Shown here: positions 20,345-29,995 of the stretch, one piece after another
Layout of the letters: every line of letters starts with the position of its first letter
How positions within the stretch are numbered: position 1 is the first letter of the stretch
NCBI GenBank assembly: GCA_005889345.1
Contig: VBFR01000185.1
Location: forward strand, 1 to 55,814
DNA: 55,814 nucleotides
Source: Chloroflexota bacterium
GTDB lineage: Bacteria; Chloroflexota; Dormibacteria; CF-121
Direction of reading: 5' to 3'
Position numbers and translations under genes: made by a program
The notes under the pieces: model-generated
The model's database searches: none
What the model was told of the DNA's origin: nothing
What the model saw: the letters and a program-made list of their open reading frames with translations, nothing else

Positions 20345-21348
20345 CCCTCGAGGTCGTCGTCGAGACGCTGATCAAGGCGGTGATCGTAATCGGCGCGCTG
20401 CTGACGGGCTTTGCCTACCTCACGCTGTTCGAGCGCAAAGTGCAGGCACGCATGCAGCAGCGGCCGGGGCCGAACCGCGTCGGCCCCTGGGGACTGCTGC
20501 AGCCGGCCGCCGACGGCTTGAAGCTGTTCTTCAAGTCGAGCAGCGCCCCATCGAGCCGCGATCGCTTTCTCTACCTGCTCGCGCCCATGATCTCGATCAT
20601 GGCGTCCCTCGCCAGCTTCGCCATCATTCCGATCAGTGGGCCCGGGACGCTGAACCTCTTCGGCCACTCGATCGGCTGGTACGTGATGAACGTCAACATC
20701 GGCGTCCTCTGGTACTTCGCGGTGACCTCGGTGGGCGTCTACGGCATCTTCCTGGCCGGGTACGCATCGAATAGCAAATACTCGATGCTGGGCGCGCTGC
20801 GCTCGTCCGCGCAGATGATCAGCTACGAGATGGCGCTCGGCCTCTCCCTGGTCCCCGTCTTCATCCTGGCGGGCTCGGTCAAGCTCGTCGATATCGTCAA
20901 TGCCCAGCACACCTGGTGGTTCGTGCTCCCGCTGCTTCCCGCCTTCTTCCTCTACCTGATTGCCGGCATTGCCGAGACGAACCGCGCGCCGTTCGACCTT
21001 CCCGAAGCGGAGACCGAGCTGGTCGCGGGTTATCACACGGAATACTCGGGCTTGCGGTTCGCGCTCTTCTTCATGGCCGAGTACATCAACATGATCATCG
21101 TCAGCTCGGTCGCCACCATCGTCTTCCTCGGCGGGTGGTGGGGCCCGTTCGGGATCCTTCCGGGCCCGTGGTGGTTCATCGTGAAAGTCGTGGCGCTCCT
21201 CTACATCTATGTGTGGTTGCGGGCCACGCTGCCACGCATGCGCTATGACCGCCTGATGGCGCTCAGCTGGAAATCGCTGTTCCCGCTGTCACTGGCGATG
21301 ATGATGGTGACGGCCATCGTGGTCGTGGCCGCCCAGGGAACGCTCTGA
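20341..21348 (+). CDS. nuoH: NADH-quinone oxidoreductase subunit H
   Basis: ERK..RPGPNRVGPWGLLQP.ADGLKL, ETNRAPFDLPEAETELVAGY. Confidence 0.97.
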   Translation: MTLEVVVETLIKAVIVIGALLTGFAYLTLFERKVQARMQQRPGPNRVGPWGLLQPAADGLKLFFKSSSAPSSRDRFLYLLAPMISIMASLASFAIIPISGPGTLNLFGHSIGWYVMNVNIGVLWYFAVTSVGVYGIFLAGYASNSKYSMLGALRSSAQMISYEMALGLSLVPVFILAGSVKLVDIVNAQHTWWFVLPLLPAFFLYLIAGIAETNRAPFDLPEAETELVAGYHTEYSGLRFALFFMAEYINMIIVSSVATIVFLGGWWGPFGILPGPWWFIVKVVALLYIYVWLRATLPRMRYDRLMALSWKSLFPLSLAMMMVTAIVVVAAQGTL

Positions 21349-21860
21349 TGGCGCTGCGCGAGATCCTGCTCGGCCCCATCTACATCGCCCGTGCCCTGGC
21401 GACGACCTTCAAGCACAACACCAAGCCGATCGTCACTATCGAATATCCGGAACGGCAGAAGCCCGTCCCCCCGCGCGAGCGCGGCCGCCACATCCTGCAC
21501 CGCTACGCCAACGGCCTCGAAAAATGCGTCGGCTGCGAGCTCTGCGCCATCGCCTGCCCGGTGGGCTGCATCGTGGTGGAAGCGGCCGAGAACACGCCCG
21601 AGCATCGCGTTTCACCCGGGGAGCGCTATGCGAAGCGCTACGAGATCAACCTGCTGCGCTGCATCTACTGCGGGATGTGCGAGGAAGCCTGCCCGTACGA
21701 CGCCATCACGATGGGCCCGCGCTACGACCTCGCGGACGACCACCCGGACAAGTTCATCGCCGTCAAGGAGGACATGCTGGAGCCGCTCTCGGCCAGCCTG
21801 CAGGACACGGCGCGGCCGTCCGGTGCGCCGTCCGCCCAAGCGGTGCCCCGCAAGTGGTAA
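21348..21860 (+). CDS. nuoI: NADH-quinone oxidoreductase subunit I
   Basis: Two CxxCxxCxxxCP 4Fe-4S motifs. Confidence 0.97.
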   Translation: MALREILLGPIYIARALATTFKHNTKPIVTIEYPERQKPVPPRERGRHILHRYANGLEKCVGCELCAIACPVGCIVVEAAENTPEHRVSPGERYAKRYEINLLRCIYCGMCEEACPYDAITMGPRYDLADDHPDKFIAVKEDMLEPLSASLQDTARPSGAPSAQAVPRKW

Positions 21861-22360
21861 TCGGGTTCGCCATCGTGGCGGCCTGGGAACTCGTGACGGC
21901 AATCGGCGTGGTGGCGTTTCGAAGGCCGATGTACAACGCCCTCTCGCTGGTCGCCAACATGCTCGGTCTGGCGGTGCTGTTCCTGATGTTGAACGCGCAG
22001 TTCCTCTTTGCGGCCCAGATCATCGTCTACGCCGGCGCGGTGATGGTGCTCTTCGTTTTCATCATCGCGCTGATGAACCCGCAGGCCGACATCAGCTTCC
22101 GGCCTCGTGGCACGGAGTGGATCTATGGCGTCGTGTTCGGGGTGATCTTCGCGGCACTGCTCGGCACGCTGCTCTTCAACCATGGGCTGACCGGCCGACT
22201 CGGGGCCTTCACCCCTGAGGTGATCGCCGCGGCGGGCAACGTGCAGACGATTGGCATCGCGCTCTACACGCGCTTCCTCTTCCCGGTCGAGGTGACGTCG
22301 GTGCTGCTGCTGGTGGCGGCAGTGGGGGCCGTCTACCTGGCGATGCGGAGAATCCGCTGA
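21854..22360 (+). CDS. nuoJ: NADH-quinone oxidoreductase subunit J
   Basis: [28 protein letters not shown]; GTG at 21854. Confidence 0.94.
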   Translation: MVIGFAIVAAWELVTAIGVVAFRRPMYNALSLVANMLGLAVLFLMLNAQFLFAAQIIVYAGAVMVLFVFIIALMNPQADISFRPRGTEWIYGVVFGVIFAALLGTLLFNHGLTGRLGAFTPEVIAAAGNVQTIGIALYTRFLFPVEVTSVLLLVAAVGAVYLAMRRIR

Positions 22361-22665
22361 TGCCGGTTCCCGCCTATACCTTTCTGCTCCTGAGCGGCGC
22401 CGTCTTCACGCTCGGGGCGATCGGCTTCATGGTGCGGCGCAACCCGCTCGTCGTCTTCATGTGCATCGAGCTGATGCTCAATGCCGTCAACCTTGCCTTC
22501 GCCACCATGAGTCGCTACCTGAACTCGCTCGACGGCGTGGTGTTCGCCTTCCTCGTCATCACGGTCGCGGCGGCTGAGGTGGTGGTGGGGATCGCCATCA
22601 TCGTGCAGGTCTACCGGGCCGGCCGGCAGATGGATGTCGACGAGCTCGACCTCATGAAGGAGTAA
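22360..22665 (+). CDS. nuoK: NADH-quinone oxidoreductase subunit K
   Basis: [23 protein letters not shown]. Confidence 0.97.
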   Translation: MPVPAYTFLLLSGAVFTLGAIGFMVRRNPLVVFMCIELMLNAVNLAFATMSRYLNSLDGVVFAFLVITVAAAEVVVGIAIIVQVYRAGRQMDVDELDLMKE

Positions 22666-22672
22666 GGAAGCG

Positions 22673-24559
22673 ATGGACATCCTCGCGCCGCTGGTCCTCC
22701 TTACGCCGCTCGCGGGCTTCCTCGTCAACGCCCTCTTCGGCCGGCTGCTGCCCCGGCGGGTGGTGGGATGGGTTGGCGCGGGCAGCATCGGCTTGGCGTT
22801 CGTCTTTGCCCTCCTGACCCTGTCCCAGGTGCTCGGCGGTCAGAAGCTCGACCAGAGCTACTTCACCTGGTGGCAGAGCGCCGACTTCAACGTTCCCTTC
22901 AACCTCTACGTCGACGCCCTTTCGACGCTGATGATCCTCGTGATCACGGGCGTCGGTTTCTTGATCCACCTCTACTCGATCGGCTACATGCGAGAGGACG
23001 CCGGCTTCTCGCGCTTCTTCGCCTACATGAACCTCTTCGTGTTCTCGATGCTGCTCCTCGTCCTCTCCGGCAACCTCGTCTTTTTGATCATCGGCTGGGC
23101 CTTGGTCGGCCTCAGCTCCTATCTGTTGATCGGCTTCTGGTTCGAGCGACGCTCGGCCGTGCTGGCGGCGCGCAAGGCGTTCGTCATGAACACGATCGGC
23201 GACGTCGGTATGGTCTTCGCGGCCTTTTTGATCTTCCTCAACCTGCGCGTCCTCGATTTCCAGGGACTCTTCAGCCGGGTCCATGACCTGCCAAAAGGCG
23301 GAATGGTCATCACTTCCATCTGCCTCCTCCTGCTGGTCGGGGCGGTGGCGAAATCCGCGCAGCTCCCCCTCCATACCTGGCTTCCCGATGCGATGGAGGG
23401 CCCGACACCGGTCTCTGCCCTGATTCACGCTGCCACCATGGTGACGGCCGGCGTCTACCTCGTCGCCCGCATGCACCTGCTCTACGATTGGGCGCCGACC
23501 GCCGCCGCGACCGTCGCGGTCATCGGCGGCGTAACCGCGCTCTTCGCGGCCACCATCGGGACGGCGCAGGTCGACATCAAGCGGATCCTCGCCTACTCGA
23601 CGATGAGCCAGATCGGCTACATGTTCCTTGCGGTAGGCATCGGCGCCTACACCGCGGGCATGTTCCATTTCATGACTCACGCCTTCTTCAAAGCCCTCCT
23701 CTTCCTCGCGGCGGGCAACGTTATCCACGCCTTCCACGAGGACCAGGACATCCGGCACATGGGCAATCTCCGCGCCGGGTTGCCCGTGACCTTCTGGACG
23801 TTTCTGATCGGCACCCTTTCGATCAGCGGCTTCCCCATTGTGACCGCCGGCTTCTGGAGCAAAGACGAGATCATCCGCGCGGCGCTGACGGCGGCCGGCA
23901 GTGAGTACCTCCTCGGCATCCTGGCACTCCTCACGGCCGGGCTCACCGCCTTCTATATGTTCCGGCTCTTCATCATCGCCTTCGGTTGGGAGTGGATGGC
24001 GCACGACGACCGTCACCTCCACGAGGCGCCGCCTATCCAGACGATTCCGATCATCGTCCTGGCGGCCGGCGCCGTCGTCGCCGGCTACATTCCGGTCGCG
24101 AGCTTCCTCTCGCCGGTGTTCGGCCAACCGGTCGAGGTGGGCACGCTGGCGTTCTGGGGCCTGGCGGGATTGACGCTCGCCGCCTCGGCGGTCGGCTTCG
24201 CGATCGCCTACGTGATGTACGCGCGCCGTCCGCAACTGGCGGTCGCCTGGCGGACCCGGTTCGCGCCGATCCACGCGCTGGTCGAGCACAAGTACTACGT
24301 CGACGAGCTCTACGACCGGGTCTTCGTCCGGCCCGGGCTGGCGCTCGCCCGCTTCTTCAACGACGTGGTGGAACCGCGCGTGATCGATGGCGCGGTCAAC
24401 GGGGTCGCGGCTTTCTTCCTGGTGGAGGCGCGTGAGTTCCGCGGCATCCAGACTGGCCGGGTGCGCAGCTACGCGCTCGTGACCCTGGGCGGCGCGGTTG
24501 GCGTGCTCCTCATCGTCGCCCTGTATCTGGGGTATTTGCCCTGGAAGTTGGGCGCATGA
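22673..24559 (+). CDS. nuoL: NADH-quinone oxidoreductase subunit L
   Basis: KSAQLPLHTWLPDAMEGPTPVSALIHAATMV, HAFFKALLFL. Confidence 0.97.
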   Translation: MDILAPLVLLTPLAGFLVNALFGRLLPRRVVGWVGAGSIGLAFVFALLTLSQVLGGQKLDQSYFTWWQSADFNVPFNLYVDALSTLMILVITGVGFLIHLYSIGYMREDAGFSRFFAYMNLFVFSMLLLVLSGNLVFLIIGWALVGLSSYLLIGFWFERRSAVLAARKAFVMNTIGDVGMVFAAFLIFLNLRVLDFQGLFSRVHDLPKGGMVITSICLLLLVGAVAKSAQLPLHTWLPDAMEGPTPVSALIHAATMVTAGVYLVARMHLLYDWAPTAAATVAVIGGVTALFAATIGTAQVDIKRILAYSTMSQIGYMFLAVGIGAYTAGMFHFMTHAFFKALLFLAAGNVIHAFHEDQDIRHMGNLRAGLPVTFWTFLIGTLSISGFPIVTAGFWSKDEIIRAALTAAGSEYLLGILALLTAGLTAFYMFRLFIIAFGWEWMAHDDRHLHEAPPIQTIPIIVLAAGAVVAGYIPVASFLSPVFGQPVEVGTLAFWGLAGLTLAASAVGFAIAYVMYARRPQLAVAWRTRFAPIHALVEHKYYVDELYDRVFVRPGLALARFFNDVVEPRVIDGAVNGVAAFFLVEAREFRGIQTGRVRSYALVTLGGAVGVLLIVALYLGYLPWKLGA

Positions 24560-26085
24560 GCTGGTACACGCTGCCCACCAACGTGCCGTGGTTGTCCCTG
24601 GTCCTGGTGGTTCCCCTGGTTGGTGCCCTCCTCGTCGTGCTGACGCCCTCGGTCGCCGGCCGCGTCATCAAACAGCTGGGGATCCTGACCGCGGTGATCA
24701 CGCTCGCCCTGGTGCTGGCGATCATCGGGGGATTCCAGCAGGGCGTCGGCGGCCTCCACCTCCAGTTCGAGGAGGTGCTTCGGTGGATCCCCTCGCTCGG
24801 GATCAGCTATCACCTCGGCATCGATGGCTTGAGTCTCTTCCTACTCGGCCTCAACGCGCTGCTCTTCCTGATCGCGATCATCGTGACCGACTCGGCGACC
24901 CCCCGCCTCAAGGAATTCATCCTCCTGCTTCTGATCCTGGAAGCCGCCACCGCGGGCATTCTCCTGGCGCTCGACCTCATCCTCTTCTATGTCTTCTGGG
25001 AGGCGATGCTGGTTCCGCTCTACTTCCTGATCGGGGTCTGGGGCGAGGGCCGCCGCATCTACGCCGCCTTCAAATTCCTGATCTACACGGTCATCGGCAG
25101 CTTCGCGATGCTGATCGCGATCCTCGCCGTCGCCGGGATCAACTTCTCGCAGACGGGGCAGTTGAGCTTCGACTGGACCGTCCTGGTGCAGCATCCCGCG
25201 GCCGGGGTGTGGCATCTCCCGGGCAGCCTGGGAAGCGTTGGCATCCCCCAACTGCTCTTTGTCGGCTTCGCCCTGGCCTTCGCCATCAAGATGCCGATCT
25301 GGCCGCTGCACACCTGGCTGCCGCCTGCCTACACCGCCTCACCGGTTCCCGTGGTCATCGTCTTCGCCGGCCTGGTCTCGAAGCTTGGCGCTTACGGGTT
25401 CATTCGCTTCAACCTGTCGCTCTTCCCGGATGCGGCGCATAGCCTTGGTGGCCCGCTGGCGGTGCTGGCGACGATCGGCATCCTCTACGGCGCCGTCATG
25501 GCGCTCGCCCAGACCGATCTCAAGCGGCTGGTCGCCTACGCGTCGATGAGCCACCTCGGCTTCATCGGGCTGGGCATCTTCGCCGGCAACTTGCTGGGCA
25601 TCGAGGGCGCCTTGGTGCAAATGATCAACCACGGCGTGATCATTGCCGCGCTCTTCCTGGTGGTCGGCATGATCGAGCGGCGCGCCGGCACGCGCCTGCG
25701 TGGCGAGCTTCGCGGGCTGGGCGCGACCGCGCCCCTCTTTGCGGCGCTCTTCCTGGTCGTGTCGCTGGCCGCGCTCGGCCTGCCCGGGCTCAACGGATTC
25801 GTCGGCGAGTTCCTCATCATGCTCGGTGCCTGGTCGTCGTTCCTGCCCCTGGCGGTCGGCGCGGGCATCGGCGTCGTGCTGGCGGCATGGTACGTGCTCC
25901 GCTTCTACCAGGGGAGTACGCAGGACGCGCCGCCCCATCCGGCGAGCTTTCCTGAGTTGCGCATTCTCGACGTGGGCGTCCTGGCGCCGCTGCTCGCCCT
26001 GATGGTGGTGATCGGGATCAGCCCCGGCTTCTTCCCGGCCGCGGTCGATGCGACGGTCAAGGCCCTGCCGGTGATCCTGCGATGA
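24556..26085 (+). CDS. nuoM: NADH-quinone oxidoreductase subunit M
   Basis: FYVFWEAMLVP, KMPIWPLHTWLP, LGLPGLNGFVGEF. Confidence 0.97.
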   Translation: MSWYTLPTNVPWLSLVLVVPLVGALLVVLTPSVAGRVIKQLGILTAVITLALVLAIIGGFQQGVGGLHLQFEEVLRWIPSLGISYHLGIDGLSLFLLGLNALLFLIAIIVTDSATPRLKEFILLLLILEAATAGILLALDLILFYVFWEAMLVPLYFLIGVWGEGRRIYAAFKFLIYTVIGSFAMLIAILAVAGINFSQTGQLSFDWTVLVQHPAAGVWHLPGSLGSVGIPQLLFVGFALAFAIKMPIWPLHTWLPPAYTASPVPVVIVFAGLVSKLGAYGFIRFNLSLFPDAAHSLGGPLAVLATIGILYGAVMALAQTDLKRLVAYASMSHLGFIGLGIFAGNLLGIEGALVQMINHGVIIAALFLVVGMIERRAGTRLRGELRGLGATAPLFAALFLVVSLAALGLPGLNGFVGEFLIMLGAWSSFLPLAVGAGIGVVLAAWYVLRFYQGSTQDAPPHPASFPELRILDVGVLAPLLALMVVIGISPGFFPAAVDATVKALPVILR

Positions 26086-27536
26086 CGATCAACCTGAGCG
26101 GCCTCGGCATCGACTACGGGGCGATCCTGCCCGAGCTGATCGTGGTCGGCACGGCGATCGTCGTCCTCTTTTTGGACCTGGTCGTGCCCGCCGACCGGCG
26201 CGGATGGCTCGCGGGCGTGACCGTGGTCGGGCTGCTCGCCGCGCTCGCCGCCAGCTTTCCGCTCTGGGGGCAGGACCGTGCCGCCTTCGGCGACACCGTG
26301 ATTGCCGACAGCCTGGCCGCGTTCTTCAACGTGCTGCTGATCGCGATCACGATTCTCACCGCCCTGATCTCGCCGCGCTTCCTGCGCGCGCTCGATCTCG
26401 ACTACGGCGAGTACTACATCCTTCTATTGGGAGCGACCGCCGGCATGATGCTGCTGGCCGCCGCCACCAGCCTGATGACGATCTTCCTCGGCATCGAGCT
26501 GCTCTCGGTCTGCCTCTATGTGCTCTCCGGGTTCGCGCGGACCGCGTTGCGCTCGCAGGAGGCGGCCCTCAAGTACCTGCTGCTGGGCGGCTTCGCCACC
26601 GGCTTCCTGCTCTACGGCATGGCCCTCATCTACGGCGCCACCGGCAGCACGACGCTGCGGGCGATCGCAGCGGCCACCACCACGGCAGCCGCCAGCAACG
26701 TCTTGCTCCTGGTCGGCATCGCCTTGCTCTCGGTCGGGCTCGCCTTCAAAGTGTCGGCGGCGCCCTTCCACATGTGGACGCCGGACGTCTACGAGGGCGC
26801 GCCCACCGTCGTCACGACCTTCATGTCAGTGGCAACCAAGGCGGCAGCCTTTGCCGCCATCGGTCGCATCTTCATCGCGACATTCCCCTCGATCTCGAGC
26901 CGCTGGTACTTCCCGCTGGCGCTGATCGCCATCTTCTCGCTCTTCATTGGCAACCTGGTCGCAATCACCCAGGACAACATCAAGCGCATGCTCGCTTACT
27001 CGGGAATCGCGCATGCTGGGTACATCCTGCTCGGGATCCTTCCGGGCACGACCCAGGGTTTCACGGCAACGCTGTTCTACATTGCCGCCTACGCCGTCAT
27101 GAACTTCGGCGCCTTCGCGGTCGTCACCGCGATCGGCGCCGGCGGCGAGCAGACCGCCGACCTCAGCTACTGGCGCGGTCTGTTCTACCGACGTCCCTTC
27201 CTGGCGACGGTGATGACGATCTTCATGCTCTCCCTGGCGGGCATCCCGCCGACCGTGGGGTTCTTCGCCAAGCTCTTCGTCTTCCAGTCGCTGGTAACGG
27301 CGCAGATCTGGGCGCCCCTCGTGGTGGCGGTGATCATGACGATCGTATCCTTCTATTACTACTTGCGGGTGATCGTGGTCATGCTCGCCCAACCCGATGG
27401 GGCGGTCGCCGAGAACCGCGTCGGGTTCTCGACCAGCACCGTGCTGGGCGCCGTGGCGGTCGCCACCGTCTTCCTCGGCCTCTTTCCGTCGGTGGTCCTC
27501 GACTGGGCAAGCCACGCGGCGTCTCTACACTTTTAG
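26082..27536 (+). CDS. nuoN: NADH-quinone oxidoreductase subunit N
   Basis: EAALKY, FKVSAAPFHMWTPDVYEGAP, SLAGIPPTVGFFAK. Confidence 0.97.
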   Translation: MTINLSGLGIDYGAILPELIVVGTAIVVLFLDLVVPADRRGWLAGVTVVGLLAALAASFPLWGQDRAAFGDTVIADSLAAFFNVLLIAITILTALISPRFLRALDLDYGEYYILLLGATAGMMLLAAATSLMTIFLGIELLSVCLYVLSGFARTALRSQEAALKYLLLGGFATGFLLYGMALIYGATGSTTLRAIAAATTTAAASNVLLLVGIALLSVGLAFKVSAAPFHMWTPDVYEGAPTVVTTFMSVATKAAAFAAIGRIFIATFPSISSRWYFPLALIAIFSLFIGNLVAITQDNIKRMLAYSGIAHAGYILLGILPGTTQGFTATLFYIAAYAVMNFGAFAVVTAIGAGGEQTADLSYWRGLFYRRPFLATVMTIFMLSLAGIPPTVGFFAKLFVFQSLVTAQIWAPLVVAVIMTIVSFYYYLRVIVVMLAQPDGAVAENRVGFSTSTVLGAVAVATVFLGLFPSVVLDWASHAASLHF

Positions 27537-27569
27537 GAATCCCATGAAGCTCGGTTGCACGGTGCACCC

Positions 27570-28847
27570 ATGATCGCTCCGTCGCCGGTGCGTCAGGCGA
27601 TCCGGCCGGCGGCCCGCCGCCCGATCACGCCGGTGCGCTGGCTCGGTCGAGCATGGCGCGAGCTGCGGAAGATGCGGACCGCGATCATCCTGCTCGCCAT
27701 CCTGGCGCTGTTGGCGGTCATCGGCACGCTCCTCCCGCAGCTGCCGCAGAACCCGCGCGGCGTGATGGGCTACGTCCTGCGCCATCCGGCGAGTGCTCCC
27801 TGGTTCGCCCGGCTTGGTCTCTTCGACATCTTCAGCTCCTGGCCGTTCATCATCACCGCGGTTCTCATGTACACCTCGATTGGGGCGAGCATGTTCATCC
27901 GCGTGCCCGCCGCCTGGCGGCGCGTGATGGACCCGGCGCAGCGCAACCGGGGGCTTTTTGCCGAGATCGCGAGCATCGTTTTCCACGCGAGCTTCTTCAT
28001 CCTGCTGGTGGGCGTCATCTACGGCAAGGCGGCCGGGTTCGTCGGCAATGCCGCGGTGGTGGAGGGGGACAGCTTCGTCGAAGCCCGCGCGAACTATGAC
28101 AACCTGAGTGAGGGGAAGCTGGCCAGCAAGCACGCGGGCTTTCAAGTCAAGGTCGATCGCTTCAGCGCCAGCTTCTGGCCCACGGGCGCGCCAAAGGACT
28201 TCACCTCCCAGGTCCGTATCTACGACGGCGGTCGGCTGGTCGACACGAAGAGCATCCAGGTCAACCACTACGTCGAGTACCGGGGCGTGAAGATCTACCA
28301 GGCGGGCTACGGCTGGGCGCCGACACTGCGCATCGAATCCCCCGACGGCCGGGTCCTCGAAGACGTGGCGACCATCTTCGTCGGCGATCCCCAGTTCGCG
28401 AACGGCGTGATCAAGGTCCCCTCCGCCGGACCACCCCCGGAGCAGCTGGGCGCGACGGCGATCTTCATGCCCGATCCGCAGATCGTCAACCAGTCGATCG
28501 CGCCGGGCACGCCCCAGCTCAAAAACCCGATCCTGCTGGTCCGGCTCTTCCGGGGTGACCTGCACCTGACCCAGCCCCAGAACGTCTTCGCGCTGGACAC
28601 CAGCAACATGGACCTCCGCTGGCGGGGGGCGCTCCGGGTCGGGGACAGCGTCGTCACCCCCGACGGCTACAAGCTGAGCTTCACCGGGTTGAAGGCCTAC
28701 ACCGATCTGACCCTCAACAAGGATCCGGGGATTCCCATCGTGCTGGCGGCCTTCGTGATCGGGCTCGGCGCCCTGCTTATCAGCCTCTACCTGCCCCTGA
28801 TGGGCCCGGAACAGCGGCTGTCGCCACCCCGGGAGCTCACCGGCTAA
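27570..28847 (+). CDS. ResB/Ccs1-like cytochrome c biogenesis protein
   Basis: LRKMRTAIILLAILALLAVIGTLLPQ, LGLFDIFSSWPF, FHASFFILLVG, IQVNH...IYQAGYG, KDPGIP C-terminal TM. Confidence 0.85.
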   Translation: MIAPSPVRQAIRPAARRPITPVRWLGRAWRELRKMRTAIILLAILALLAVIGTLLPQLPQNPRGVMGYVLRHPASAPWFARLGLFDIFSSWPFIITAVLMYTSIGASMFIRVPAAWRRVMDPAQRNRGLFAEIASIVFHASFFILLVGVIYGKAAGFVGNAAVVEGDSFVEARANYDNLSEGKLASKHAGFQVKVDRFSASFWPTGAPKDFTSQVRIYDGGRLVDTKSIQVNHYVEYRGVKIYQAGYGWAPTLRIESPDGRVLEDVATIFVGDPQFANGVIKVPSAGPPPEQLGATAIFMPDPQIVNQSIAPGTPQLKNPILLVRLFRGDLHLTQPQNVFALDTSNMDLRWRGALRVGDSVVTPDGYKLSFTGLKAYTDLTLNKDPGIPIVLAAFVIGLGALLISLYLPLMGPEQRLSPPRELTG

Positions 28848-28886
28848 GTCTCAAGGTAACGGCCCCCGCAACGTTTCTGTCGTCGT

Positions 28887-29474
28887 ATGACCAGAGTGAA
28901 TGGTCCCAACGGCAGGGATCGGAAGCGCTGGCGCGGCCCCATGCTGGAAGGCGTGCCGGGCCACCGTTTTTCCTATTCCAAAGGGCAGGCGATCGTCGAA
29001 ACGGCGCTGCTGCTGCCGATCCTGATGTTGCTGGTTATGGGCAGCGCCGATTTGGGCCGGGTCTTCTACTACGCCATCGCCGTCACCAACTCCGCCCGCG
29101 AGGCGGCCCGGCAGGGGACGTATTGGGATCCGACTTCCAGCAGCAACGCCTACGATAGCTACGCTCAGGTTCTGGCCGCGGCACAGGAGGAGGTGCCGAG
29201 CGACGTGACGCTTAGCCTCCCCACGAGCACCCCCTCGCACTGCCTGACCGGCGCACCCGCGAGCTGGTCGATCTACTACCCCACGCAGCCAAACACCGGC
29301 TACGTGTTCATTTGCTTCGACGGCAACGACAGCCAGTCGACGGCCGCGACGCAGACGATTCAGGTGATCATCCTCTACAACTTCTCGCCGGTGACCCCGC
29401 TGGCACAGGTCGTCGGCGCCAGCCTCATCCAGGTCGAAGCGGCCACGACGATGCAGGTGCAAAAGCAACAATGA
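28887..29474 (+). CDS. TadE-like minor pilin (triad 1, member a)
   Basis: KG|QAIVETALLLP...AREAAR prepilin motif; true start may be ATG 28941. Confidence 0.88.
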   Translation: MTRVNGPNGRDRKRWRGPMLEGVPGHRFSYSKGQAIVETALLLPILMLLVMGSADLGRVFYYAIAVTNSAREAARQGTYWDPTSSSNAYDSYAQVLAAAQEEVPSDVTLSLPTSTPSHCLTGAPASWSIYYPTQPNTGYVFICFDGNDSQSTAATQTIQVIILYNFSPVTPLAQVVGASLIQVEAATTMQVQKQQ

Positions 29475-29995
29475 AGCGCAGGCAGCGGGGTCAGACGCTG
29501 GTCGAGATGGCGATGATCGCGCCCTTCCTGATCATGATCCTGCTGGTGATGATCGACTGCGGCCGCGCCGCCTACGCCTATTCCACGCTGGCCGGCGCGA
29601 CGCGCGATGGCGCCCGGGCCGCGGTCACCACCGGCAGCAACCGGCCCGACAATTCCTGGGTCGTTGGGGCCGTCAAGCAGAATGCCTTCGGCGTTCAGCT
29701 CAGCCCGGCGACCTGTATCAATGACGCGCCGCCGGCGAGTCCCAGCATGGCGCCCAACACGGGGCTCGTCTACGTCGGGGCGGGGAGCGGCAACACGACC
29801 ACCAACGCCCCTGCCGGCCAGCCGCCGGCCGCTGCCCTGGGAAGCTGTGAGGCGGTGATTCCCAGCTACGCCGGTCACCACGCGCTGGCGGTCACCATCA
29901 AATACAATTTCCAGCCGCTGACGCCATTCGGCTCGCAGTTTTTCCCGGGTGGGATCGTCATGACTGTTACCAGCACCATGAGCACCGAGTATTGA
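29471..29995 (+). CDS. TadE-like minor pilin (triad 1, member b)
   Basis: MKRRQRG|QTLVEMAMIAP...TRDGAR; ATGA overlap. Confidence 0.88.
   Translation: MKRRQRGQTLVEMAMIAPFLIMILLVMIDCGRAAYAYSTLAGATRDGARAAVTTGSNRPDNSWVVGAVKQNAFGVQLSPATCINDAPPASPSMAPNTGLVYVGAGSGNTTTNAPAGQPPAAALGSCEAVIPSYAGHHALAVTIKYNFQPLTPFGSQFFPGGIVMTVTSTMSTEY

Noticed and set aside
13980-27536. Numerous antisense and alternate-frame ORFs across the nuo operon (and elsewhere)
   Set aside because: Expected shadow ORFs of high-GC coding DNA with no recognisable motifs
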